A stretch of 64,000 nucleotides of DNA from an uncultured Aliarcobacter sp. (GCA_963664305.2 CAXXLV010000001.1:288001-352000), one strand, 5' to 3'; numbered from the stretch's first letter, positions 28,746 through 37,954 are shown. Numbers and translations are program-made. The notes: a model not told the origin generated them from the letters alone.

Positions 28746-30260
28746 TTATTTATTTCTTAATTTGTTCCACATAGCTTCATCAGGAGAACCTATATAATCC
28801 ATATTATCTACACCATGTTCTATTTTGTACCATTTTAAAACTTCTGGAATAGTAGCTCCACCACAGTTTCCTTGGAATATTTGATGTGGAGGTAACCAAG
28901 CTTGAACATATTTTTCAGGCTGTGCATCAAATATATCTTTACATCCATCAGAACAAGTATGGAAAATTTCTCCATTATATTCAGATGTTTTATGTGTATA
29001 AACATGTGGATTTCCACCTTCGATATCTGTAAATCCTAATGGAATTTGACAAGTTTGACAAATCAAAGGTAAAGTTTCAGAATAATATCTTTCCCCTTTT
29101 TCTTGTAAAGCTATATATCTTTCAAACATTGGTCTATAATATTTATCAAAAGTATCTGGATATTTTTGACTTAACCAATTCATTTTTTCTTCGTCTGGCA
29201 TCCAAATATGAATATTTGCAGCATTTGTATGATTATAGAAAATATTCCATACTTGATGAGATAAATGCCCTTTTTCAGCAATAATTGTATTTACTAATTT
29301 TTCAGGAATTTTAATTCCATATTTTTCTAAATCTTTATATAAGGCCATACAGTTTTGTTCGATATATAATTCAACTGCTTCTGCCCAAGATGTTGGAGAG
29401 TTAGGTAGCATATAATCCATCATCATAGCTACAAGACCTAACATTCTGTAACCTCTCCATAACCATTTATCCATCCATTTTTGAACAATTGGAACATTAT
29501 CTGCATCTTGTTCTAACATGAATTTAATAGCTGATAATCCTAAAGTCATATGTCTTGATTCATCACTTTGTGCAGAAAAACCAAATGTAACTGTTGCCAT
29601 ATCTCCATTATAAGCAGCTCCACTCATAAATGGAACAAATAATAAACTTGTTAATACAAATTCAAAAGAGAATGAAATAGCTGTTAAATATTCAAAAGGT
29701 CCTGCTGTACTTGCATCATCTCCAAATGATTTTGGAACTGATAAATACCAAACTCTATCATGCATTGTTCTAAAATTATGAAAACCATTAAAATATTTAT
29801 TATAATGACTCATTGTATGTACTTGAGTTTGGAAATGTCTTAACTCATCAATAGCTTGCATTTGGCATGCAATTGAAGCACCCTCACCTTTAAAAGCACG
29901 TGCTGCGTGAGAAAAACCTTGAACAACTTTATATTCAAGTGGTGTTACACCTGTTAAAAATAGTTTTAGTGCATTTACATATCTTGCATCTGAAATATTT
30001 TTTTGTGCATTGTTTTGAGCAAAAGCATCAATAATTGAATAAAGTTTTTTATCTTTTTCAGCTTGTAATTTCCAATAAGAATCCATTGTCATTCTAAATG
30101 GATCTTCCCATGCTTCCCAATCATGAATTTTCAATCCTTCCATTTTTAAAAAAGGAAAAACATCTTCTTCTTTTTGGTAAGTTGGATCCCAACCAAGTCT
30201 AGTCATATATTTATATGCATCTTTTTTATTTAATCTTTTTTTTCTAGGTTCTACACTCAT
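28746..30260 (-). CDS. dmpN: Phenol hydroxylase large (alpha) subunit, diiron centre
   Basis: WEDPFR, IDELRH and SDESRH diiron motifs, DRVWYLSVPKS, YHS-like C-terminus, IFQGNC. Confidence 0.96.
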   Translation of the reverse strand: MSVEPRKKRLNKKDAYKYMTRLGWDPTYQKEEDVFPFLKMEGLKIHDWEAWEDPFRMTMDSYWKLQAEKDKKLYSIIDAFAQNNAQKNISDARYVNALKLFLTGVTPLEYKVVQGFSHAARAFKGEGASIACQMQAIDELRHFQTQVHTMSHYNKYFNGFHNFRTMHDRVWYLSVPKSFGDDASTAGPFEYLTAISFSFEFVLTSLLFVPFMSGAAYNGDMATVTFGFSAQSDESRHMTLGLSAIKFMLEQDADNVPIVQKWMDKWLWRGYRMLGLVAMMMDYMLPNSPTSWAEAVELYIEQNCMALYKDLEKYGIKIPEKLVNTIIAEKGHLSHQVWNIFYNHTNAANIHIWMPDEEKMNWLSQKYPDTFDKYYRPMFERYIALQEKGERYYSETLPLICQTCQIPLGFTDIEGGNPHVYTHKTSEYNGEIFHTCSDGCKDIFDAQPEKYVQAWLPPHQIFQGNCGGATIPEVLKWYKIEHGVDNMDYIGSPDEAMWNKLRNK

Positions 30261-30281
30261 AATATCTCCCTTATTTTTGTA

Positions 30282-30557
30282 TTAGTTATTCCAATAAACG
30301 ATGAATTCATCATCTGTTTCTTCTACTTGTCCACCTAAAGAAATAAGTACTAATTGTAATTCTTCAGGATCCCAATCTCTTCCTAAAGCTTCTGATACTG
30401 TAGAAGCTTTTACAGTAATTTTTTCTGGTCTCTCAATTTGAATCATTGCTGGTTTATTAGTAATTATTACACCTTCATTATCTTCTTTGATTGCTTCTGC
30501 TATTGTTCTTCCATCTTCTGTAGATTGAAGACATAATAATGCTATACTTGATGACAT
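30282..30557 (-). CDS. dmpM: Phenol hydroxylase activator (MmoB/DmpM family)
   Basis: LQ..E..R.I.EAI..DN, PAMI, LGRDWD...L...LISL.G.V.E.DD. Confidence 0.92.
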   Translation of the reverse strand: MSSSIALLCLQSTEDGRTIAEAIKEDNEGVIITNKPAMIQIERPEKITVKASTVSEALGRDWDPEELQLVLISLGGQVEETDDEFIVYWNN

Positions 30558-30581
30558 ACGTTTCCCTTTTATTATTAATTT

Positions 30582-31574
30582 TTATAAATTTATTTCACAG
30601 TTTTTTAATCTAACTATTAACTCTGTTTTAACATTAGATATAAGTTCTTTAGGATTGTTTGAAAATGAAGCTAAAGGTTCCATCGCATTTTCCATAATCT
30701 CTATGTCTTCTTTTACCCAACTAGTTAATAAATCTCTATTTTCAGTTGATTCTTTTGCCATAACTTTTATAACACTATCTAACCATTTAACTGTTTCTTC
30801 ATACCATGAAACGATAAATTCATTTAACATAGAAATAGTCATTTCATCATTTTGCGCTAACTCTTTTGAGAATTCATTAATCATTAAAGGAATTACAAAA
30901 CCATCAAAAACAACATTTTGTTTAACAAATAATCTAATTGGATCTTTTTCAACAAAAGAATCTTCAACTGCTTTTCTTAAACCTTGCCAATTAGGACAAT
31001 TTAACCAAGCATCTTTTCCAGCTTCTAATTTTGAAACATCATTATCAGAAAGAAGTAGAATTATTTTTGTTATGTGTTGAGCCATTCCAAGTCTATCTTC
31101 AGCTTGAAATAAACAAGCACTCATCATAGCCGTCCCATAAACTCTATCTACAATACAAAGATTATTCATATTTGCACCATACTCATAATGTCTTAATGGA
31201 GTTAAAAAATCATATACCTTTTGTAAATTATCTTTTTTTATAAAATTAACTAAACCTCTTTTTTCAACAAATTCAAAACTTTGTTCATTTGCAGCATTTT
31301 GAGAAGCTCTTGTTGATACATAAGACATATAATGAAATTTTCTTGGATCCAATAAGTCATACCAATCATTCATTTTGATTTTTGTTCTATTTTTATCATA
31401 TATTTCAAATTCAGGTTCCCATTGTGGCCTATAATGAAAATTCTCAGTTGGTTGTGCATCATACATAGCTTCTTCATATCTTGAAGCTGGTCTATCTTCA
31501 CCTAATCTTTGTGCAACATGACCAAAAGTATGTCTTATTGGTTCTATTTCAACACTAGCTATATTTAATTCCAT
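30582..31574 (-). CDS. dmpL: Phenol hydroxylase beta subunit (P1)
   Basis: P.RHTF.HVA.R.G, ASRYEEA, NFHYRP.W, DW..L.DPR, PLRH.E.GANMN, W...P.WQGLR. Confidence 0.93.
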   Translation of the reverse strand: MELNIASVEIEPIRHTFGHVAQRLGEDRPASRYEEAMYDAQPTENFHYRPQWEPEFEIYDKNRTKIKMNDWYDLLDPRKFHYMSYVSTRASQNAANEQSFEFVEKRGLVNFIKKDNLQKVYDFLTPLRHYEYGANMNNLCIVDRVYGTAMMSACLFQAEDRLGMAQHITKIILLLSDNDVSKLEAGKDAWLNCPNWQGLRKAVEDSFVEKDPIRLFVKQNVVFDGFVIPLMINEFSKELAQNDEMTISMLNEFIVSWYEETVKWLDSVIKVMAKESTENRDLLTSWVKEDIEIMENAMEPLASFSNNPKELISNVKTELIVRLKNCEINL

Positions 31575-31588
31575 ATTTTCTCCTTAGT

Positions 31589-31822
31589 TTAATTTAACCC
31601 ATATTTCCAATTTTCATTGTCAATTAATAATTCATCTTCTTGTTCTTTTGTAAAAAACGATACTCTATTATTTTGACAAAATTCAATGAAAGCTTTGTAT
31701 GGTAAAAGTAATTCAACATTCATTACAGCTTCACCTACTGCAAAATTAAATTCAACAAATCCATTATCTTTTATATTTATGATTTGTACAAATTTTTTTT
31801 CATTTGGCATAAGTTCATACAT
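31589..31822 (-). CDS. dmpK: Phenol hydroxylase assembly subunit (P0)
   Basis: GFVEF.FAVG....VEL.LP..AF.EFC..N.V motif; first gene of the operon. Confidence 0.88.
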   Translation of the reverse strand: MYELMPNEKKFVQIINIKDNGFVEFNFAVGEAVMNVELLLPYKAFIEFCQNNRVSFFTKEQEDELLIDNENWKYGLN

Positions 31823-31868
31823 AAAAAACTCCTAATTAAATTACTCTTTTAGTTTCAAGAACAAGTGA

Positions 31869-31901
31869 ATACTATGTAAATTAAATCGCAAATTATTCGC
31901 A
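31869..31901 (-). promoter_or_regulatory. Tandem box 5 (TGCGAAT-AATT-TGCGATT) plus -10-like TAGTAT, upstream of the phenol hydroxylase operon
   Basis: Box at 31884-31901 on the minus strand, 9-bp spacer, hexamer at 31869-31874. Confidence 0.8.
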
Positions 31902-31957
31902 AAAAAAAACAAAAAAAATAAAATTGGATAAAATACATACAAATAAAAGGATAGAAT

Positions 31958-33259
31958 ATGAGTTCAATGAAAAGGCGCATTTTTGATAATAAAAATATTC
32001 CTACAAAATTTTCAATTTTCTACTTGATTGTTGGAATTATTGGAATAATTTGTATTGATAGATTTTTAAATATTTATTTCACTTATAATAAACCAACTGA
32101 AGGAACATCTTCTACATTCAATTTTTTATTTCTTTTTTTACTATTTAGTGTAATTGTTCTTTTTTTGATTTTAAATCATATGCAAAAAGTTATTTTAAGA
32201 ATTGATAAATCATATAAAGACTTAAAAGAGAAAGATAAAGAAAGATTAATGCCCTATGAATTTGCATTAAATAATTCTGTTGATGGTATTTACTGGTTTA
32301 CTATCGATGCAAAAATTGTTTACTTAAATGATGCAGCTTGCAAAATGTTAGGTTATGAAAAAGAAGAGTTATTAGGAAAATATCTTGAAGTGATGGATAC
32401 AAATTTCAATCGACAAACTGCTGTTGATATTATGCATAAAATAAAAAATACAGATAATTGGATATTAGAAACAACTCAAAGAAAAAAGAATGGTGAAACT
32501 TTTCCTGTTGAAGTTTCAGGTCATGGTTTTACTTATGGTGGGCAAGAATATATTTGTGCATTTGGAAGAGATATTAGTCAAAGACAAGAGATAAACAAAA
32601 AAATCACAAATATAAATTTAGAACTTCAAAAATCTTTAGATGAAAAAGAGATTTTATTAAAAGAGATTCACCATAGAGTTAAGAATAATATGGAAATTAT
32701 CTCATCTTTATTAGCAATGCAATTAAGACGAGCAAAAGATGATGAAGTAAAATATATATTAAAACAAAGCAAAAGTAGAATCAACACTATGGCATTGGTT
32801 CATGAATTCTTGTATTTAGGAGAAAACTTAGCTTATATAAATCTTCAAGATTATATAAAAAGATTAGTTCAAGATATAAAAGAGTTATACATTTCTCAAA
32901 ATACAAACTTAGAAGTTGATTTACATATTGACAAACTAATTTTTTCAACAAATAGATGTATTCAAATTGGAATGGTGATACATGAACTTTGTGTAAATGC
33001 TTTAAAATATGCTTTTAAAGAAGATAGAGAAAATTTACTTTGCATACACATAAAAAAATCTGAAGATAAAATCCATGTAAAAATCAGAGATAATGGAGAA
33101 GGATTAAAAGACATAAATTCTCTGTATAAAAGTGAATCTATTGGTATGCAATTAATTCACTCTATTGTAGAAGATCAATTAGATGCAAACATTGAATTTA
33201 GAAATAACAATGGATTAGAGTGTAATATTATATTTTCAAAAGATGAGGATGAAGAATGA
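31958..33259 (+). CDS. Sensor histidine kinase 2 (2 TM, PAS, HisKA_2, HATPase), paralogue of kinase 1
   Basis: Same architecture as kinase 1; EIHHRVKNN, HELCVNALKYAF, canonical DNGEG. Confidence 0.9.
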   Translation: MSSMKRRIFDNKNIPTKFSIFYLIVGIIGIICIDRFLNIYFTYNKPTEGTSSTFNFLFLFLLFSVIVLFLILNHMQKVILRIDKSYKDLKEKDKERLMPYEFALNNSVDGIYWFTIDAKIVYLNDAACKMLGYEKEELLGKYLEVMDTNFNRQTAVDIMHKIKNTDNWILETTQRKKNGETFPVEVSGHGFTYGGQEYICAFGRDISQRQEINKKITNINLELQKSLDEKEILLKEIHHRVKNNMEIISSLLAMQLRRAKDDEVKYILKQSKSRINTMALVHEFLYLGENLAYINLQDYIKRLVQDIKELYISQNTNLEVDLHIDKLIFSTNRCIQIGMVIHELCVNALKYAFKEDRENLLCIHIKKSEDKIHVKIRDNGEGLKDINSLYKSESIGMQLIHSIVEDQLDANIEFRNNNGLECNIIFSKDEDEE

Positions 33260-34014
33260 ATAAAATTAAAATATTAATAGTTGAAGATGAATCTATTATT
33301 GCATTAAACCTTAAAGAGACTATTCTTGATTTAGGATACGAACCTTGTGGAGTAGCACCTAATAAATGTAAAACTATGAAAATTCTTGAAAAAGGAATTA
33401 TTCCTGATTTGATTTTAATGGATATTTATCTAAAAGGACCTACAACAGGAATTGAACTTGCGAAAGAATTAAAAACTTTATTTCCATATATTCCTGTTGT
33501 TTTTTTAACGGCAAATTCAGAAGTTAGTACAATAAAAAAAGCATCTGAAACTTTTGCATATGGTTATATTCTAAAACCATACAAAAAATCCAATTTACAT
33601 GCTGCTATTGAAATAGCTTTGAAAAAATCTGCAGAAGATAATATTAAAATGAAAAAACTTGAAGCTACTGAAAATGTTAATAAAACTTTAATTCATCAAC
33701 TTGAATTAAATAATGAGCAAAGATCTCGTACTATACAATTAAAATATGGATATTTATTTGATAAAGAAAAAGAAATTTTATATTATGGTGATGAACCAGT
33801 AAAATTGACTACAAAAGAGACTAAAATCATAAAATATCTTTGTGAAAGCCCTGGTCACAATGTATCTCAAGAACAACTTGAATATGCAATTTGGCAAGAT
33901 GAACCAGCAGGTTATGCAGCTTTTAGATCTGTATTATTCAGACTTAGAAGTAAAATCCATAAAGATCTAATTTCTAACCAAAATAATACTGGTTATAAAA
34001 TAGAACTTTTATAA
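33256..34014 (+). CDS. Response regulator 2 (REC plus winged helix), paralogue of regulator 1
   Basis: 252 aa like RR1; shares the EPAGYAAFRSVLFRLR recognition-helix region. Confidence 0.9.
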   Translation: MNKIKILIVEDESIIALNLKETILDLGYEPCGVAPNKCKTMKILEKGIIPDLILMDIYLKGPTTGIELAKELKTLFPYIPVVFLTANSEVSTIKKASETFAYGYILKPYKKSNLHAAIEIALKKSAEDNIKMKKLEATENVNKTLIHQLELNNEQRSRTIQLKYGYLFDKEKEILYYGDEPVKLTTKETKIIKYLCESPGHNVSQEQLEYAIWQDEPAGYAAFRSVLFRLRSKIHKDLISNQNNTGYKIELL

Positions 34015-34026
34015 GATAGGTATTTT

Positions 34027-35910
34027 TTACCTATCCATATTTATAATCTCATTTTTCCCTAAAAAACTTTTATTATTAGCTTCACTAAATATATTTTTTG
34101 CAATTTTATCAGTTTGAACTGCAATATCATGTGTTTGGTCCATAATTTGACTATTCTGTTTTGTTTTTGAATCTAATTCATCAATTATATTATTTACCTC
34201 CAAAATACCCTTTTCTTGTTTCATACTTAAATTTGTAATTGTCTCTATCATCGTAGATGATTTATTAATATTTTCTAAAAGCTCGGAATAGCCTTTAATC
34301 ATATTACTTGATATATTTTTCCCTTCATTTGCTTTTATAGTTGCATTTTCAACTAATTGTTTTATCTCTTTAGCTGCATCTGCACTTCGACTTGCAAGAT
34401 TTCTAACTTCTCCTGCTACAACAGCAAATCCTTTTCCACTTTCACCAGCTGTTGCAGCTTCAACTGCAGCGTTAAGTGATAATATATTAGTTTGAAATGA
34501 AATTTGGTCAATAATCATTATTGCTTCATTTATTAAATTTACTTGACTTGTTATTTCATCCATTGAATTTGATGTATTTAATGCTAGACTTTGTCCTTCT
34601 TTTGCTGAAACATTTAACTCATTTGCATATTTACTTAATTCTGAAATATTTTCATTACTTTCCACAATCACAGATGTGATATCTTTTAAAGAAACATTTG
34701 TTTCATCCAATAACAAAGTTGTATCTTTTGCCGATTCATTTAATTTATTTATACAGTCTATTAATTTATTTGAAGCACTATCTAATGTAATTCCTCTAAG
34801 TAAAGATTGTTTCAATAATTCTGAAATCTCTTCTGTTAAAAAATTAATATTTTCTATAAACTCAGCTATTTCGCCTTTTTGGTTATTAATTTCAACTTTA
34901 TTTATAAACTTATAACTACTAAACTCTTTTAGAACAAAAGATATTGATTCAATATTTAATCTCAATTCATTTATCATCGAATTAAAAGCATTACATAAAC
35001 TCTTTAATTGACTATTATTTGGGATTTTTTCAACCTTAACATTTAAATAACCTCTATTTATTTTTGAAACAACATCTAAAACATTTTCAACTGTTTCATT
35101 ATCTTTTTGTATACCATTTCTTATTTTGATTATATTTTCATTTATAATTTTTGACATTTTGCCAAATTCATTTCTATTACTCTCTTTCAATAATTCTATA
35201 TTGTCCGATTCCTTTGATAAATATTTAAAAAAAGACAATAATCCATTTTGAAAAGTTTTTATAGAGTGTTTAATATCTTTATACACTAGATATGATATTG
35301 ATACTGCAAAAATCAAACTAATTATAAAAATTATAAATATAATTTTTAGTATATAATTTTTTACATTTTGAGAATTTTCATAAAAAATTTTTCCATTTTT
35401 CTCTGATAATTTTGTTAATTCATCCATTTGTTTATATAAAATTGAATCATGTGGAAGAGCTTTTTCTTTTATTATTTTTCCAGCAAGAGCCATATTTCCA
35501 GATAACATAGCATCTACAACTTCTGTTCTTATTGGAATCCAAGTTATAAATTGTTTTTTTGCTTCAATAATTTTACTTTTATCTTCTAATAAAGAATTTT
35601 CTAATACATTAAAAAGTTCTAACAATTCCTTATCCATTTTACTTATTTTATCAATTGCTAATTGTTTTTCTTCATTTGAAGGAGTTAAAGCTATATCTTT
35701 TACTGCACTAATTTCTAATGCAATTTTAAAACTTATAGCTTTAGTTATATTACTAACTTGATAGGGATAATTATAAAACTTTGAAATTATCATCGATAAA
35801 TCTTGAATTTTAAATATCGAATAACAACTAATAAAAATCAACATACTTATAAGGATTATAAATCCTGAAATAATTTTAGAATTAATACTTAAATCATTTA
35901 TTTTGTTCAT
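34027..35910 (-). CDS. Methyl-accepting chemotaxis protein
   Basis: Two TM helices around a helical periplasmic domain (4HB-like), HAMP-like region, [30 protein letters not shown] hairpin. Confidence 0.92.
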   Translation of the reverse strand: MNKINDLSINSKIISGFIILISMLIFISCYSIFKIQDLSMIISKFYNYPYQVSNITKAISFKIALEISAVKDIALTPSNEEKQLAIDKISKMDKELLELFNVLENSLLEDKSKIIEAKKQFITWIPIRTEVVDAMLSGNMALAGKIIKEKALPHDSILYKQMDELTKLSEKNGKIFYENSQNVKNYILKIIFIIFIISLIFAVSISYLVYKDIKHSIKTFQNGLLSFFKYLSKESDNIELLKESNRNEFGKMSKIINENIIKIRNGIQKDNETVENVLDVVSKINRGYLNVKVEKIPNNSQLKSLCNAFNSMINELRLNIESISFVLKEFSSYKFINKVEINNQKGEIAEFIENINFLTEEISELLKQSLLRGITLDSASNKLIDCINKLNESAKDTTLLLDETNVSLKDITSVIVESNENISELSKYANELNVSAKEGQSLALNTSNSMDEITSQVNLINEAIMIIDQISFQTNILSLNAAVEAATAGESGKGFAVVAGEVRNLASRSADAAKEIKQLVENATIKANEGKNISSNMIKGYSELLENINKSSTMIETITNLSMKQEKGILEVNNIIDELDSKTKQNSQIMDQTHDIAVQTDKIAKNIFSEANNKSFLGKNEIINMDR

Positions 35911-35936
35911 TCACTAACCTTTAATTTAATTGTGAA

Positions 35937-35969
35937 ATATTATTTAATTCTAATCGCTTTATATTCGCA
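35937..35969 (-). promoter_or_regulatory. Tandem box 6 (TGCGAAT-ATAA-AGCGATT) plus -10-like TAATAT, upstream of the MCP
   Basis: Box at 35952-35969 on the minus strand, 9-bp spacer, hexamer at 35937-35942. Confidence 0.8.
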
Positions 35970-35986
35970 ATATACAAAAATTTAAA

Positions 35987-36019
35987 AGCGATTAGAATGC
36001 GATTTTTTTTATATATATT
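35987..36019 (+). promoter_or_regulatory. Tandem box 7 (AGCGATT-AGAA-TGCGATT) plus -10-like TATATT, upstream of SDR-leuB
   Basis: Box at 35987-36004, 9-bp spacer, hexamer at 36014-36019. Confidence 0.8.
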
Positions 36020-36044
36020 AAATAAAATTTATAAAGGATTTTTA

Positions 36045-36839
36045 ATGGACTTAAAAATATCAGGCAAGATAGCTTTAATTACAGGTTCTACTCAAGGAAT
36101 TGGTTTTGAAACAGCAAGAAAATTAGCACAAGAAGGTGTTAATGTTATTATAAACGGAAGAAATGAAAAAAAAGTTAATAATGCTGTACAAAAAATAAAA
36201 GCTGAATTTCCTAAAATTAAAGTTGTTGGAATTACTGCTGATTTAAAAGATAATGAAGGTTGTAATAAATTAATTTCTAAAATCCCACACATTGATATTT
36301 TGATAAATAATTTGGGAATATTTGAACCAAAAGAGTTTAAAGATATAACTGAACAAGAATGGTTACATATGTTTAATGTAAATGTTATGAGTGGTGTAAG
36401 ACTTGCTCAACACTATTTATCATCTATGATAGACCAAAATTGGGGAAGAATTATATTTATTTCTAGTGAATCAGCTATTCAAATTCCAAAAGAAATGATT
36501 CATTATGGGATGACAAAAACAGCTCAAATATCTGTTTCAAGAGGAATCGCTGAATTAACTCAAGGAACAAATGTAACTTCAAATGCAATATTATTAGGAC
36601 CTTCAAAATCTGAAGGTGTTGTAGAATTTATTGAAAATTTTGCAAAACAAAACAATATAAAATTTGAAGAAGTCGAAAAAGATTTTTTCAAAAGTGTAAG
36701 ACCAACTTCTCTTATTCAAAGATTTGCAGAGGTTGAAGAAGATGCAAATATGATTGTATATATTTCTAGTGCACTTTCTAGTGCAACAAATGGAGCAATT
36801 CTAAGAGCTGATGGTGGAGTAATTCAATCAGCATTTTAA
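36045..36839 (+). CDS. Short-chain dehydrogenase/reductase
   Basis: TGSTQGIG, NNLG, YGMTK (YxxxK). Start moved to ATG 36045 (AAGGA RBS); the ORF-track start lies inside box 7. Confidence 0.88.
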   Translation: MDLKISGKIALITGSTQGIGFETARKLAQEGVNVIINGRNEKKVNNAVQKIKAEFPKIKVVGITADLKDNEGCNKLISKIPHIDILINNLGIFEPKEFKDITEQEWLHMFNVNVMSGVRLAQHYLSSMIDQNWGRIIFISSESAIQIPKEMIHYGMTKTAQISVSRGIAELTQGTNVTSNAILLGPSKSEGVVEFIENFAKQNNIKFEEVEKDFFKSVRPTSLIQRFAEVEEDANMIVYISSALSSATNGAILRADGGVIQSAF

Positions 36840-36853
36840 TAAAAAGGGAATAA

Positions 36854-37921
36854 ATGAAAAGTTATAAAATATCAATAATCAAAGGTGATGGTATAGGACC
36901 AGAAATCGTTGATGAGGCAATAAAAGTATTAAATGCAGTTGCAAAAAAATGTGATTTTGAATTAAGTTATAAAGAGTATTTAATGGGTGGTATCGCTATT
37001 GATACTACTGGTGTTCCATTACCTCAAGAGACAGTTGATGGAGTTTTAAATTCTGATGCATGTTTATTTGGTGCAATTGGTGGAGAAAAATGGGATACAC
37101 TTCCAAGAGAATTAAGACCAGAAACTGGATTATTAAAATTCAGAGAAGAGATGGGTGTTTACGCAAACTTAAGACCTGCAATTATTTATGATGAATTAGT
37201 AAATGCATCAACTTTAAAACCTGAAGTAATTCAAGGCGTTGATATTATGATTGTAAGAGAATTAATTGGTGGAATCTATTTTGGAAAACCAAGAGAAAAT
37301 GATGGATTTAAAGCATTTAATACAATGGTTTATACAAAACCAGAAATTGTAAGAATTGGTAAAACAGCATTTGAACTTGCAATGAAAAGAGATAAAAGAG
37401 TTTGTTCTGTAGATAAAGCAAATGTTTTAGAAGTTTCTCAACTTTGGAGAGATACTATGAATGAATTATCTAAAGATTATCCTGAAGTAGAATTAACTCA
37501 TATGTATGTAGATAATGCAGCAATGCAACTTGTAAGAAATCCAAAACAATTTGATGTTATCGTAACTGGAAATATTTTTGGAGATATTCTTTCTGATACA
37601 GCTTCAATGGTAGTAGGTTCAATTGGATTACTTCCGTCAGCTTCAACAGGAGATAAAACAGCGATTTATGAACCAATTCATGGTTCAGCTCCTGATATAG
37701 CAGGAATGGGAATAGCAAATCCAATAGCAACAATAGTAAGTGCAGCAATGATGTTAAAATACTCTTTAAATGAGATAAAAGCAGCAGATATGATAGAAGA
37801 AGCAATAAAAGCAGCATTAAAAGATGGATATAGAACAAAAGATTTAGCAGCATTTGATGCAAAAGAAGTATTAAATACTAGTGCCATGGGTGATATACTT
37901 GTTAGATATATAGAAAAATAA
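36854..37921 (+). CDS. leuB: 3-isopropylmalate dehydrogenase
   Basis: [46 protein letters not shown]. Confidence 0.93.
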   Translation: MKSYKISIIKGDGIGPEIVDEAIKVLNAVAKKCDFELSYKEYLMGGIAIDTTGVPLPQETVDGVLNSDACLFGAIGGEKWDTLPRELRPETGLLKFREEMGVYANLRPAIIYDELVNASTLKPEVIQGVDIMIVRELIGGIYFGKPRENDGFKAFNTMVYTKPEIVRIGKTAFELAMKRDKRVCSVDKANVLEVSQLWRDTMNELSKDYPEVELTHMYVDNAAMQLVRNPKQFDVIVTGNIFGDILSDTASMVVGSIGLLPSASTGDKTAIYEPIHGSAPDIAGMGIANPIATIVSAAMMLKYSLNEIKAADMIEEAIKAALKDGYRTKDLAAFDAKEVLNTSAMGDILVRYIEK

Positions 37922-37954
37922 TTTTCTCTATATATCTATATATAATTTATATAA

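Noticed and set aside
31901..31923. A9-C-A8 tract beside box 5 as a phase-variation switch
   Set aside because: Interrupted A-tracts are common in such AT-rich DNA; more simply an UP-like or spacer element, and a single sequence gives no evidence of variation.
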